Shown one piece after another: positions 1 to 13,585 of a stretch of 64,000 nt of DNA (positions are counted from its first letter, which is position 1; each line of letters begins with the position of its first letter). The DNA comes from Oculina patagonica (Eukaryota). A program made the translations under genes and the position numbers. The stretch lies in NCBI RefSeq assembly GCF_052425735.1, contig NC_135758.1, positions 13,268,001-13,332,000 on the forward strand, in the 5' to 3' direction. The notes below the pieces were generated by a model, which was given only the letters and a program-made list of their open reading frames with translations, was not told the DNA's origin and made no database searches.

Positions 1-107
1 GATAAACTCGCAAGGTTTAGCAGCGTTTAGTTAAATCTTGAAAACGTTATAAGCGTTCAAAGTTAGCTTGGGCCTCAAAAGTCCTCCCCGGGTCTAAATA
101 GGGTTAA
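1..107. mobile_element. Terminal part of a non-autonomous DNA element ending GGG-TTAA (piggyBac-like end)
   Basis: Ends in ...gtctaaatagggttaa at 107. Bases 1-80 are the reverse complement, with mismatches, of ~55086-55165, so this is a dispersed repeat. Superfamily inferred only from the GGG|TTAA end. Confidence 0.45.
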
Positions 108-519
108 TGACAGTCCTGGGTGTGAGCAGCCGTTCAAAACTTGAAGCGTCCACATTATGGGTTTGGCTGCATTGGGTGATAACACAGTTACAAACACAAA
201 CACTATTTGGAAAAAAACAGCCTTAAAATTTTAAAAGAAAACTGTTCTTCAGAAACAACATTTTCTGAAGCGAAATAGTACTTGAAATTCAACTTTTAAC
301 CCCTCAAGAAAGTTCTGTTCCTCAAAGTTCAGAAAAACATTTGATCTATAGAGGACTAGTTCCTAGGAATCAATCTATAAACTTTTAAGTTTAAAGGGGA
401 TTCTGTTTACAATGTTCGGAATACCTCTTGAAAGTCGACTTTCAAACCTTTTTGAGAGTTCTGTTATACTATGTCGGGCACAACTTGTTTCATATCGAAA
501 CAGTACTTGAAAATCAGCC

Positions 520-2103
520 TTCCATAAGGAGCTCATCAGCTAGGTAAAACATAATAATCTACCACGAGCTCAATATGCTGCCCTCAGATAACATGAATTC
601 CGTAAGGAACTCACCACCTTAGTTACATATAATAACCTAGCACGAGGTCAATATGCTGCCCTCAGATAAAATGAGTTCCATAAGGAACTCACCACCCGAA
701 TAAGACGTAATAATGTGGCACAAGGTTGATATACTTCCCTCAGATAACATGAATTCCATGGGGATCTCACCACCCAAGTAAGACATTGTAATTTAGCACG
801 AGGTCAATATGCTGCCCTCAAATAAAATGAGTTTCATAAGGAATTCACCACTCAAGTAACACATAAATAATGTGGCACGAGGTCAATGTACTGCTTTCAG
901 ACAACACGAGTTCCATAAAACCCACGATCTAAGTTAAACATAATAATGTAGAACGAGGTTAATATGCTGTCACCTCAGATAAAATTAGTTCCATAACTAA
1001 CAAACTCACAACCCAAGTAATTCATAATAATCTAACACAAGGTCAATATGCTGCCTTCAGATAACATGAGGTCCATAAGGAACTACCACCCAAGTAAGAC
1101 ATAATAATGTGGCACGAGGTCAATATGCTGCGTTTGGATAACATGAGTTCCATAGGGAACTCACCACCCGAATAAGACGTAATAATGTGGCACAAGGTTT
1201 ATATACTTCCCTCAGATAACATGATTTCCATGGGGATCTCACCAACCAAGTAAGACATTGTAATTTAGCACGAGGTCAATATGCTGCCCTCAAATAAAAT
1301 GAGTTTCATAAGGAATTCACCACCCAAGTAACACATAAATAATGTGGCACGAGGTCAATATACTGCTTTCAGACAACACGAGTTCCATAAAACCCACGAT
1401 CTAAGTTAAACATAATAATGTAGAACGAGGTTAATATGCTGTCCTCAGATAAAATGAGTTCCATAACTAACAAACTCACAACCCAAGTAATTCATAATAA
1501 TCTAACACAAGGTCAATATGCTGCCTTCAGATAACATGAGGTCCATAAGGAACTACCACCCAAATAAGACATAATAATGTGGCACGAGGTCAATATGCTG
1601 CGTTTGGATAACATGAGGTCCATAAGGAACTCGCCACCCAAGTAAGACATAATAATCTACCACGATGTCAAAATGCTGCCCTCAGATAACATGAGGTCCA
1701 TAAGGAACTCACCACCCAAATAAGACGTAATAATGTGGCACGAGGTCAATATGCTGCCCTCGGATAAAATCAGTTCTATAAGGAACTCAGCATTCAAGTA
1801 AGACATTATAATCTAGCATTATAACTCATCACCCAAGTAAGACATCTAGAACGAGGTCAATATGCTGCCTTTGGATAACATGAGTTCCATAAGGAACTCA
1901 CCACCCAAATAAGACATAATAATGTGGCACGAGGTTAATATGCTGCCCTCAGAGTTCCATAACTAACGAACTAACAACCCAAGTAATTCATAATAATCTA
2001 GCACGAGGTCAATATACTGCCCTCAGATAACATGAATTCCATGAGGAACTCACCACCCAAGTAAGACATTGTAATCTAGAACGAGGTCAATCTGCTGCGT
2101 TTG
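520..2103 (+). repeat. 78-bp satellite array (left part) with ~472-bp hexameric higher-order repeat
   Basis: Unit approx. GAGTTCCATAAGGAACTCACCACCCAAGTAAGACATAATAATCTAGCACGAGGTCAATATGCTGCCCTCAGATAACAT. Diagnostic variants recur at ~472-bp spacing, e.g. cccacgatctaagttaaac at ~921 and ~1393. Confidence 0.95.
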
Positions 2104-2163
2104 GACAAGGCGGAAAAACCACTGAGCATGCGCGTGCAAAATCCCGCCAATTTCGAATTAAAA

Positions 2164-5100
2164 ATGGCGGACGGTGCAGGGCGACAAATAGCATTTTGCC
2201 ACGTATTTAGGAACCAGTTACGGCTGCTTACATGAGTTTGAGACTGCGGCTTCTCACTGCATTTCAAAGTTCGATCACTTGACTTTCGGGTGGCCATTTT
2301 TGACGGCAATTGAACTAAGTTTTCCTAAAAGTTTTGGCATTTGTTCTATGGACTGAAGCGACAGCTGTACATGACAACAGGAGCCCAATCGACCGTGGTT
2401 TTTCCCGTTTGTTAAGGTGTTACGTGAATTGTTAAGGTCAGGAACTCCGTGGACGAAAGTTTGGACATTTTCAAAGAACATATCAAATATGACTTTTTTT
2501 TCGTTGCAATGACTTTTTTTAAACGCCCTTGAAAGATGGAAATCCAAATACGGGCGAAGGAGTCTGCATTGGCGTTTGTCTTCATCGCCTCACTCCCTTT
2601 CGATGAGCAGTTTAGCGAACGGTAAGCAGTTCATCTTGTTTATCGTGATGGCTGTTGTTTGTGTTATCGATTTTCTCATTGTTGTAAATAGCTCGTTTCC
2701 TAAAAGCGCTTTCTTAACTAGTATACTGTATTTAGAATTAATTTGTATGAATAAACATTTGTGAGTTCAAGTTATTTCTTGTCGTTGTTCTTGTATTCGT
2801 CGACACGGCCATTTTGTGCCGGTTTCCCTCACGATTTTCCCGCCTTTTTGCCGTGTAGCCGCTAATGTCAATATCAATTTAGCCGGTCTTCGGCTAAACT
2901 GCAACACAAACGCAAGATTTTTATGTTTACATCGCTTAAAATATGTTCTGTGTGAAGGCTCCTAGAGCTTTGAGCAATAAAGAAAATCTCGTAACAAGGC
3001 CCGAAAATATTTATTGTTGGGGGGAAATTTCCTGTGTGGCTAAAACTGAGTATTTAAACTACGGGTTTCAAGAAAGTGTGTACCTCTGTGTACGACATCA
3101 CGAAGAGCTAAGACAGAAAAATCGATATGTTCCCCCGACGACAAGTGAAAGTGGAAGACTCACCACTTGCCCACAGCGTTTTGTTTCAGTGTTTGAGGAC
3201 TTAGCTGGTCGGTAAATTGTCAGGCCGAAATATTTGTCAAACACATTTAACTCAGGCTGACATCGACACTCGCATACCTTGAAACAAACTATATTTCTCC
3301 CAGAAAGGCGAGTCCGCTTTTGTGTATAATTCATTTAAATTTCGTTCTTTTTTCTACAAGAGGGCAAAAGTCGAGAAAATATTTTTTTGTAATAAAAAGT
3401 GAAAGTGAAAGCAAAGACACCCGAACAGTGAAGGTTTCACCGAAAGATCCCCCTACCTGGAGTGAACTGCTTAAACACATCGAGAGTCTGGAGCGTGAAA
3501 ATGTAAACTTAAAGATCAAATGCAAGACTGAAGAGGAAAGGTCAAAACAGTTGTGTATTGCCGGAAAATTCAAACCTGAATGACCGCTTTAAAGGTGTGT
3601 GGAATTTAAATGGCTTTTATTTTTAAATGGGTTTCCCAATGAAATGGTATTCCAAGCATCTTTTTCAAGATGTTGCTTCAGTAGTTACCCAGATTAAAAA
3701 AATATTTTAGCTTAATAAATAGAAACACCATTTTAAACTGCAGTTGTTTAATTCAGATGTAACCTTACACTTCACTTGAAAAGAATGAATGAGAACCCCG
3801 TGACTGGTACCACAAATGGAAATACTACAAGTTATAATTATTTTTATTATCGCTAATGTTATTACTATAAATAGGTTTCCGAAGACAAGATATTTAGTAA
3901 GGATTGCAATAACATTTGCAGATACTGAACAGAAAAACAAGGAGCTTGAAGAAGAAAATGCCCAGCAACAAAAACATATCGATGAGGTCAAAGCTGAGAA
4001 TAACACTCTTTTATAGAGAAACGGAGGTATATGCTTACTAATAATTCTAAATGGCAGATATTGAAGAGCATAACTTAACATCAAGCAAGGAAAATAGATG
4101 CAATAATTGAATTTAGTCAAATCAAGACGTCTATTTATAAAATTTTAATTCAGTTATTTTCTCATGAGTAAAGGCACATCAGTAAATATAATAAAAAAAA
4201 CATCATGTGCACTATCCTGCTTGGGTTTTTTTAAAAAAAATACTGTGTATAAAATTCAACCAAACAAGTAAAAGCAGCATCTAACAAATGATATAGAACG
4301 AAGTCCACAAGTTCAAGGAATTTATAACACCCCTATGACAGAATGTAAATAAGGTCGAAAATTATTTTTAGGTGAATCAACATTCAGCAAGTTGGTTAAC
4401 TAATTACACAAAGTACTAGCACATCATTACACAATGGGTGGAGCACATCTGTACGACCCCACTGATATGGAGCAGTTTTGTAACAATCACGCTCCTGGTT
4501 TATTCAAACAAGTATACACAGCAATACTTAATGACTCCAAGGAGGTACCTTCTATAAAAAGGATGGAGCTGCAAAAAGTTAGGACCCTTGCTATACTTCA
4601 CAATCTTTGTTTTTTCGCAATCAGGTATTTTCCTTGAAATATATAATTACAAAATAGATGTATTTTATTACTGGTATACTGACTGCAACTATACTTACAA
4701 GTACTATTTAACCTTCCTCACGTTTTTCTTTTTTAACTCGTACAAATACATGCAGCACACACTAGTGTAAAAGCTCTACCCACCAATATGGACTGGAAAA
4801 GAAATGAGCTCACTGGGGACTAGTTGAGCTTTCAACAGTATTACTTAACTGGTACTGTTTAAAAGTTCCCCTTGACAACACAATACTTTTCTTTTCAGTT
4901 AGACTCTTTACACCCTCAAGACTTTTGCTCTTGCTTGAAATTGACTAGGTTTAAATTGAAAGAAAGTTTTGACAGGGTCAGGTTATACCAGGTTAAGCAC
5001 TCAGGAAGGGAACTTCCTCATAAGACATACAATAGAAATATACTAAGACACAAAGCTTCTTTTTAGAAAATTTGTCCTATGCAAAAGGCAAATGGCCTGA

Positions 5101-7305
5101 ATCTTAAAATGTCTGGTGCCAGTTACAATTCACTGATGTCAGGGATGGTCCTCGGATATAGTTGCCATCCGAAAACTCTTCGGAACTATGGAAAAGCATT
5201 AGCAGAGGCTAACAAGAAGGAGGTCAAGAAGAGAATCATGGAAGCTATGGCAGTAGGAATAATATTTTTTTCTTACATTGCACATGTCATTTTTTCATTT
5301 TTTTAGTTTTACTTTCTTCGAAAAAGTTATTAAGTCAAAAATTAATGATACAAAGTAAAGACAACATTTATGTCAAATGTTAGTGAAAAAATTGAAATAA
5401 CATAAGTGGCAGCCAATTTTTTATTTAGCAGTGGTGATAAAAGATGTACATGTAAAGGTCTCAGAATAGTGACACCTGAAAAAAATCATAGCCCAGTACT
5501 TACTAACATTCTGGTTGAGTGAAAGATACATGTACATGTAATTAGCTAACAGACATTAAGTATCATACAGCTGGCCATGGTATTCTACATGTACAATGTA
5601 CATGTACAAAGCAAGTTTTTGATGTTTCAACCCTAAGAATTTAAATTGTTTTCCTTCGCCCTTGACCTAGCATCATTACAATCATGGTACATGTACTTTT
5701 ACTCAATTGGGTTAACCATACTAAAGTGCTACACGTGTATGTTAGATACAAGTGTTCCGATCCTTTTCAGAAGAAGCAGTTCTTGCTCTTAATTGAAGAC
5801 GACATCTACTTTATTCACACATGTCATCATCCTACAACAGCCACCACAAGCACTGCCTGGCACATGTGCACAGGGTTGTTAGATGTGCAGGAGAAAATAC
5901 CAGCTGTATCCTTGCCACCTGACATCAACAAGCTCCATCCGACAGTCCCAGTGACTATGAAAAATGGTGTTGTCAAGCAGTGCAGACGAGGAATAGACGT
6001 GAAATCAATTCTGGAAAAATTTTCTTCCACCCTTCATGACTACTTTGTGTCAAGCTACCTGAGCACCTTGTAAATAGAGCACAGAAGATTGGACTTGACC
6101 AATGTGAAGCAAAGCTGTGAAAATCTAAGGTTAAAAGGGAAAAAAAATTAGTTGTGTTCTCTATAGCAAAGCACTACTGCATTAGGTGCTGGACAAGATA
6201 CTATGCCCCTTGGACTTGATACTCAGCACCTGAATAGCAACCAAGTGTTGCTTAATACATTTAATTAAAATGATCTAGTCCAGCTATGAGTATAAATGAT
6301 AAAACTTTGCTCACTTTTTGTAATTATTCTGACTGGTCTTAAAAACCATGTCTAAATGAATTTATAGTCCTTTAAAACTTTGCTCACTTTTTGTAATTAT
6401 TCTGACTGGTCTTAAAAACCATGTCTAAATGAATTTATAGTCCTTTATTGGGCAATAAAAATGATAAAAATAATTGCCACATGTTCTAAACATTAAATTG
6501 CTGCAACCCTTGACATAACCTCCAACGATATTCCCTTGCATGAAAGTTAAAAAGCAGGGCTAGAGAATAGTACATACATTTTTTTAGTGATACATGTAGG
6601 TCCCCAAGGAGGCATTCACAAACTGTGATTTAAAATTGAATGAAATCCATTATTATTCTGATCTTGTTTCCACTTCTGAATGATTTTAAAGAATCAGATG
6701 AAGCCAGACATGAGTTAGAGCTGCTAAGCACAACTTGGTTAATAGATGAATTCGAACAAAATCTAAAAGGTGTGGCCAATTATCGCACTATGAATCACCT
6801 ACTTGAAGCAAAACCTTGTGGTGCTAACAGGAGACTTCCCAACTTGGAAATATAACAAAAGATTATTGCAGAGGTTTGTTGTATTTACAATGAACATGCA
6901 AAACCCTCAGAAATTACACTCCTAAGTCTTTTAATTTCTAATAGAAAAAGTTAAATCAGTTCGATTCCGAAGTTAAATTAGAATTAAAATCGCACTTAAA
7001 AAGGTAATCATTATTTACTGTAGGTATACTGACCTTTTTCACTGACTAGGTATCTTGTATCCAATCGTTTTATAGGTATCTGGCATGAGAAGACGATGAA
7101 ATCGACGCCACTGACGAAGACGATGGAAACGACAACGATTCCGATCCTGATTAAACTGATGAAAACAACGACTCAAAATTTGATGTGCAGTTCTTCAAAG
7201 AGCAAGTTTCGAAGATCCAGCAGAAAGCTGTCACCCGGTTCCAGGAATTACCCCATCGTGACTATCGGTTACTCAACAGATATGAGAAAACCACGTCGTA
7301 AAATT
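2164..7305 (+). pseudogene. Decayed multi-exon transposase-like gene inside the TIR element
   Basis: Plus-strand exon-like fragments separated by AT-rich intron-like DNA: Cys/His-containing 2943-3290, coiled-coil-like 3400-4016, 4380-4624 (..AILHNLCFF..|gt), ~5067-5250, ~5770-6129 (LLIEDDIYFIHTCHHPTTATTSTAWHMCTG), ~6690-6873 (WLIDEFEQNLKG..LTGDFPTWKY after a frameshift), acidic tail ~7076-7300. In-frame stops and frameshifts throughout. Confidence 0.65.
6301..6446. repeat. Exact 73-bp tandem duplication
   Basis: aaaactttgctcac...tttatagtccttt occurs at 6301 and again at 6374. Confidence 0.9.
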
Positions 7306-7647
7306 GAGGTGAAAGCCGTGCACTGGAAGCTGCATTGGTACCGTTCGTTGTCTTGTCTGAAAATCGTGTGGAACTCCAACGAACGAAAACCAAAAACGGC
7401 TTCTTTAGAAGCCACTCAATATGCAAAAGTCAATGACAAATAAATAATAATCTTTCCCATAAAGTAAATCGAAAGAGCTTTGAAAGATCAGTAAGGAACC
7501 GACACCTTTTCGACTCACACGAACGAACCTCATGGTTATCCGCCATCTTGAATATCAAAATTTGAAAAATACGCGCAAGCGCATTAGCGTCGAGCGGGCA
7601 ATGTTACGTCATTTCGCTCAGCCAATCAGCGGTTTTTCCGCCTTGTC

Positions 7648-8465
7648 CTGCGTTTGGATAACATGAGTTCCATAGGGAGCTCACCACCCGAGTAAGACAT
7701 AATAATGTGGCACAAGGTTAATATACTGCCCTCAGATAACATGAATTCAATGAGGATCTCACCACCCAAGTAAGACATTGTAATCTAGAACGAGGTCAAT
7801 CTGCTGCGTTTGGATAACATGAGTTCCATAGGGAACTCACCACCCAAGTAAGACATAATAATGTGGCACAAGGTTAATATACTGCCCTCAGATAACATGA
7901 ATTCAATGAGGATCTCACCACCCAAGTAAGACATTGAAATCTAGAACGAGGTCAATATGCTGCGTTTGGATAACATGAGTTCCATAAGGAACTCACTAAC
8001 CAAATAAGACATAATAATGTGGCACAAGGTCAATATGCTGCCCTCGGATAAAATACGTTCCATTAGGAACTCCGCACCCAAGTAAGACATTATAATCTAG
8101 CACGAAGTCAATAGGCTGCCCTCAGATGAAATGAGGAACTCACCACCCAAGTAACACATAATAATGTGGCACGAGGTCAATATACTGCTTTCAGATAACA
8201 TGAGTTCCATAAAGCCCACGACCTAAGTTAGACATAATAATGTAGCACGAGGTTAATATGCTGTCCTCAGATAAAATGAGTTCCATAACTAACAAACTCA
8301 CAACCCAAGTAATTCATAATAATCTAACACAAGGTTAATATGCTGCCCTCAGATAACATGAGTTCCTTAAGGAACTCGCAACCCAAGTAAGACATAATAA
8401 TGTGGCACAAGGTCAATATACTGCCCTCAGATAAGATGAATTCAATGAGGATCTCACCACCCAAG
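7648..8465 (+). repeat. 78-bp satellite array (continuation after the transposon)
   Basis: Same unit and same higher-order variants as 520-2103; resumes in register at the TSD. Confidence 0.95.
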
Positions 8466-9208
8466 CATTGGCGTACGGGCACCTTCGGACCTGGGGGGCG
8501 GAGACCTTATTGCTCGAAAAAAAATGTCATGGGTTAAAACCGAATAAAGAGGCATATAAAATGGACGACAAAAACGACATTTAAATAATTGTGTACAAAC
8601 CTTAACTAGCCTGCTTGCTTGAAGTCCTTTGATTAATTCCGTGGCGTTGCCCGAAAATTTAAATGCACTGTATCCTTTTCTTCGGAAATATTTTATTCAC
8701 TCTAGTTCAGCAAAAAATACATTATTTTTGGGGAGCCAATTTACATTGTTTTTCCCCCACTTGAAAGTTAAACAAAAGCGTGTGAAACATTTCGTTGAAA
8801 GTTTTAAGTTAGTCTTGAGAACTTAACATTTGAGTCAAAAGCATTAACTTCATCGCATTGTAACAGCTTTGTTTCAAGGTCTCACACTGGATCCACCGCG
8901 CGTAAACGCTCAAACTATGGAAAAGCTGATTGCAACTGAATCAAACTGAGGGGTCATGCAGAATTTGCGAGAAAAATCGAAGATGATTAAAGCAGTTTGC
9001 GAGAGGAAACGAAAGCAGATGAATGAGAGATTTGGACTTTTGAACCCCCATGTTCGGTGTATTTCCAATACTTTTTCTGTTGGTGTGATTCGTTTTGAAC
9101 GTTATGTTGAGATTTTTCGGCTTATTTTCTTTTTTTCTCTAGGCTTGTTGCCCGAATTCCAAGCATTTTGCCCGAAAAATTTCGGCACTGGGGGGGGGGC
9201 TGCAGCCA
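8466..9208. mobile_element. Truncated non-autonomous DNA element remnant (possibly hAT-type)
   Basis: Starts cattggcgtacgggc, has repeated ttgcccgaa(a) motifs and ends in ggggggggctgcagcc. The second terminus and TSD were not found. Classification is from recalled resemblance only. Confidence 0.3.
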
Positions 9209-10779
9209 CTTATCTTTCCATTTTGGTGAAATACGCAGCTACTACAGATTTGACACGATAATAAAGTTGTTATTATTATGCAAAATAATATGGGAAGTCC
9301 TTGTTTAGACCAGGTCACATTGAGACACGTGTGGTGGTCGGAAAATAGAAAGCAATGTAGATGCGCGTACGTTTCGTTAAGGTTATCCACAACGGATTTA
9401 CTTTAAAAGAATTTTTAATTGTACAATTTTGTTTGAAAAGAGTACAAATTTACGGTGTCACTTACTCTGCGACAAAAATACAGTCTTGACCCGAATTTTG
9501 TTCATCATCATATAAAACACAAAACATTAGTGTGACGTAACAAATGACGTCACACCCGCCTCCAAGTTAAAGGATGTTATGAAGCATTGGATTTTTGAAA
9601 TAATGTGTTCAAAGGCTCTTTGTATGTCACATTTGGTGCTTTTGTCCTATCTGTAATTACGATTTCTACAATATTTAGCACTAACTCATCTCTTTGAGAG
9701 ATTTGTGAGATTTGATGCAAGAAATAGCAAGAGGTTTCTGTCAGTGACAAAATTTAGACACCCGGAAGCACATCTAAATTAATAGCTAACTTAAACAGAC
9801 AATCGGCTGCACGTGTTAATTCGGCGTTGGACACGTGCAAGAATGACACGTGCAGCCCACTGCCGCGTGCATCTAGATCTTGGCCATTGTGATGGTGTTT
9901 CGTGGCATAGTTTGGTAAGGAGATGTTAGAGGTCAATATCATTTTAGTGAAGATGAGTTCTCTCAGCTCAACCTCGTTCCCAGGGCTTTTTTCTTGGAGA
10001 TCTGCGGTGTCCATAAGATCATAACCGTTGTTAATTTCTACAGACAATTCAAAAATTCAATTGTCTGTAGAAATTAAGCAGTGACACAATGCCATCTTTT
10101 CTTTCTTAGCTTTGACAACTGATAGACACTATCGTTTTCCTCTGTAGATTTAGTGGACGTTTTTTTTTTTTTGCTCTTTGGACGTATTGTGAAGTGTTGG
10201 CTCTTATTGGCTGGATAGATAACCACTGTTATATTTAGGTTGTACTGTTCGGCTCCTTGTGAGCAATTTCCTCCCTGGATATAATCCTAGTAATGTACAT
10301 CCGTGAGATGATTAGATAGTTTCACGAGATATTAAGCTCCACAATTTGGAAGTTGGGTTTATTAAACCAGGTTAATAATTTGAGATCTCAGTGCCATTCT
10401 CTTTCCGCCTTTTCCTTAATCCAATTGTTAGCTGTCAAATAATTAAGACACTGTATGAACACAGTTTAACCTCGTATGATATAAGCGGACACAAGGACGC
10501 CCTATGATCAATTAGATTGGAAGATTATCCTCTTGTAGGAGGTTATTCAATGTTGTGTTTATATGTGGCTGGGAACACGACTAGGTATCCACTGTAGTTG
10601 TTTGACCACGGAAGGTGAACCGTTACCGAATGATCGATTCCATGATAATTGCTCGAGTAGACAACTGTTACAAATGTCAGACACAATTGTCAACATGCAA
10701 CTTTGCTAAAAGTGAAAACTCGGCTTCCGGCTTTATTCATGTACTCTCTAACAGTGATCGATCGAGACAACACTTCGGC

Positions 10780-11470
10780 AAAAATGTCGAATTAAAAAAC
10801 ATTGCCTGTCTTACTTGGCTCGTCACATAAGAACGGTAACAATAACCCCGGTATTAAGTGAACCAACTTCGCGACCAGGGCCTTTTCTATTAAGGGACAA
10901 AAAGGACTTTAGTCCATGGGAAAGAGTTTGGGTGTACACGTGTTTCAAAATGCGTGCTGCATATTGCACGTGCACGTGAAAACACGAGACAGTCCACAGC
11001 TGCACGTTTTCTGAAAGATGACGCGTGACATAATCATAATCTCAAAATTATCAGTTAGAGATATTTTGGTCATTGTTAGAGGTCGTGGTTTGTTTGTTTT
11101 CACTGTGGGGATGTATAACTGAGCAAGAGAAAATGAGGGATCTTTCTTTTGTCTTGTACTCAGACAACATTTATAAGTGGATGTATCGATAAAAAAGTGT
11201 TTGGTGAATGGTATATGGAACGTAAACACGTTTTGGCGAAATTTCAACGACCTCATTGACCTGACACCACGTGCAACTCCCCAAAATTCCGCGTTTATTA
11301 TCAAACCATGGACAAAGTAAAGTGTTTACGACTTAATGAGGGTGACATGAAACAGTTTTAACAGTTTCATTTAAAAAAGGGGAAGATGAAACTGACAAAC
11401 TTGTGGCCCTCCTTAGCAAAACAAGAAAACATTTTTCCCATGACATTTCTCTTTAGTCTTGTATTTTTTC
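10780..11470 (+). repeat. Segment A (~0.7 kb), with an inverted copy in the palindrome spacer
   Basis: Reverse complement aligns to 24600-25188 and continues at 26870-26960, e.g. ggccctccttagcaaaacaagaaaa vs ttttcttgttttgcttaggagggcc. Confidence 0.9.
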
Positions 11471-13585
11471 ACCAACTACCAGTTTACAGAGATTCACTTC
11501 CATAATCTCTCAGTAACACGACATTTTCAACGCCGCCTCGCTGTCATCAACTGCGTTTCAAGAGTTGGTTTCCATTTACCAATATTGTCAATAAGAAGAC
11601 GTATCTATCAAAGCTAGTTAATTTAAAATAAGTGATTCCAAAAATATCTTTTTAAAAATGTTATATTAATAACCACGACTTTTGGAGTTGCGTGCATAAA
11701 ACATGGAACTCCAAACGAGAAGCACTGCTCGGAGGCTGTAATCCTTCTTTCTCCAACGAACAATTAAGGTTTAATCGGTCATCAACCGCAAGTAGAAGAT
11801 ACATTGCATAAACAGAACCTCGTTCTGAGTGGATGAAAAACACTTGAATTCGATGACGGACCACAGAGCTCGAATCATTTCCCGAATGGAACGTCATTTT
11901 GATAGCTCCCGCCACGTGCAAACATGGTCATGTCATTCCATCGACAACAAACACCGACAGAACTTCACTAGGCAAACTTGTGGAGCCGCGGCGCGGAGGC
12001 GAAAAAATATTGATTCTGCATGTCACTGAGGTCTACTGATGTATGGAACTCAATTTCTTTATTTAAAAAAATAGGCTCGTTTGAGTAGATAATTGTGTCA
12101 AACAAGAGAGCCGGTGACAGCTAAAGAAGAGAAATCCCATTCTCATGTTCTGAATTACTTATCCTTTTCCCAGCGGTTAAATCTCAGTACCAGTGCAGTA
12201 AATCCCACATTCTCAGTTTTTAAAACGGCAAATCCAAGTTCTCATTATACCCGTTCATGACCCTCTAATCTCACCTAACTACAGCTGTCCGTGACTACTT
12301 CTATTTGTGTTACTTTGCGTATGTTGCAGATGTCGATGTGTTGAGTCAGTGTTAAGTCTAACGGTCATATTGATTGTCGTACATAAAACATGAAATTCCA
12401 AACTAGATGCCCTGCTCACAGGCTGTACTTCTTCTAACAAACGATAACTCCGTTTAAATCTTAATCAGTAGCTAATAGATAGTACACTGCATAAACAGTC
12501 CCATCGTTTTTAGCAGTACCCGTTTTGACTCCCTTCACCAAACCTCGTTCCCAGGGTCTCTCTCTCCCCGCCCCTTCTCGTTCCGTGGGGAGGGGAGAGA
12601 GGACCGAGGGCCTCATCTTCTTGCCGTCCTTTTCTAAAGGTTTCCGACCGTTCTTCTCCAATTATTGAAAAAGCCAGCATTGCGAGCCCACCGAAAGTTT
12701 TCACGAAACCTTGTTGACGAAAACCCCAGCGCTGGCAATCCGATAGAAGATACCGACAGAAAATGCTCAGTGTCTTCAACTGGACTGAAAAAAGCTCTAT
12801 AAAAACCATGACTGACGATAGCGTGATTTTGTTTTTCGGCCACACGCGAGTTAGGTTGGCAAAAAAGCTTTGTATTACAGTATAACTACGAAAGAAATAA
12901 TCGAAAGCCCAAACCCAGATAAGCCCAAGATACTCAAGTAATGGTGATGGGACTAAGTGGAATCCAAATTGGTGCCACCATCGTTAATTATTATATTTTT
13001 TATTTTTTCTGAAATCACACGTTACAATTTGGAGATGCATCCTTTGTGTCGTGTGTTTAAGGCTGAAGTTAGCTAACCTGCCTATAACAATGATAAAATA
13101 GTAACATGATTTTGTGAATACAAATTATGGAAAATTAAATCCGTCCCCGATTCGTATCCCGTTTCACGCACAATTTTAACCAAATTCACAGTCACAGCAG
13201 AATTCACGAATCAAGTGTCTTTTGTAGCTATTCTCACGCGTCACGGTCTAATTAGTTTTGTCCTGTTTTCACGATCACGCGTGACGGTCTACTCTGTGCC
13301 CTTTTCACGTGCCCTCTTCTACCCTTTATCCATATGCGCTAAAATTTAAGATGAAAAATCTCATTACCTAAACATCTAATAAGCTTAAATTGACATCTGG
13401 TCGAGAACTGAGTGCTGGACGCGTGATAGACTTTAAACTTCGTAAAAGCGATCTCGTAGTCTCGTCTTCGCTTCTAAAAAGAGACTGATCAAAGTCTAAT
13501 TTACATCCGATTATATTCAATGTTCCTATAACGTGCTTGATATACAAACAGTTTTAGGCCTTATGTGCCAAAAGTCGATTGCTTA

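Larger units (their letters stand above)
2104..7647 (+). mobile_element. 5.5-kb TIR DNA transposon with 9-bp TSD (Mutator-like ends; family unresolved)
   Basis: Left end GACAAGGCGGAAAAACCACTGA; right end TCAGCGGTTTTTCCGCCTTGTC (22-bp TIR, 1 mismatch). CTGCGTTTG is duplicated at 2095-2103 and 7648-7656. Removing the element restores a normal satellite unit (tctgctgcgtttggataac). A 7-bp TSD with GG..CC ends is an equally valid parse. Confidence 0.9.

Noticed and set aside
520-2103. CRISPR-like look of a hairpin repeat at regular spacing
   Set aside because: The sequence between hairpins is itself repeated, so there are no unique spacers; no cas genes; eukaryotic context.
7096-7443. 115-aa ORF MKSTPLTKTMETT...
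   Set aside because: It is an alternative frame of the acidic tail (EDDEIDATDEDDGND..) of the decayed transposon gene.
520-8465. 78-bp unit as a 26-aa coding repeat
   Set aside because: Stops recur in the best frames (AGA TAA on plus, TGC TAG on minus), indels break phase, and no long ORF spans the array.
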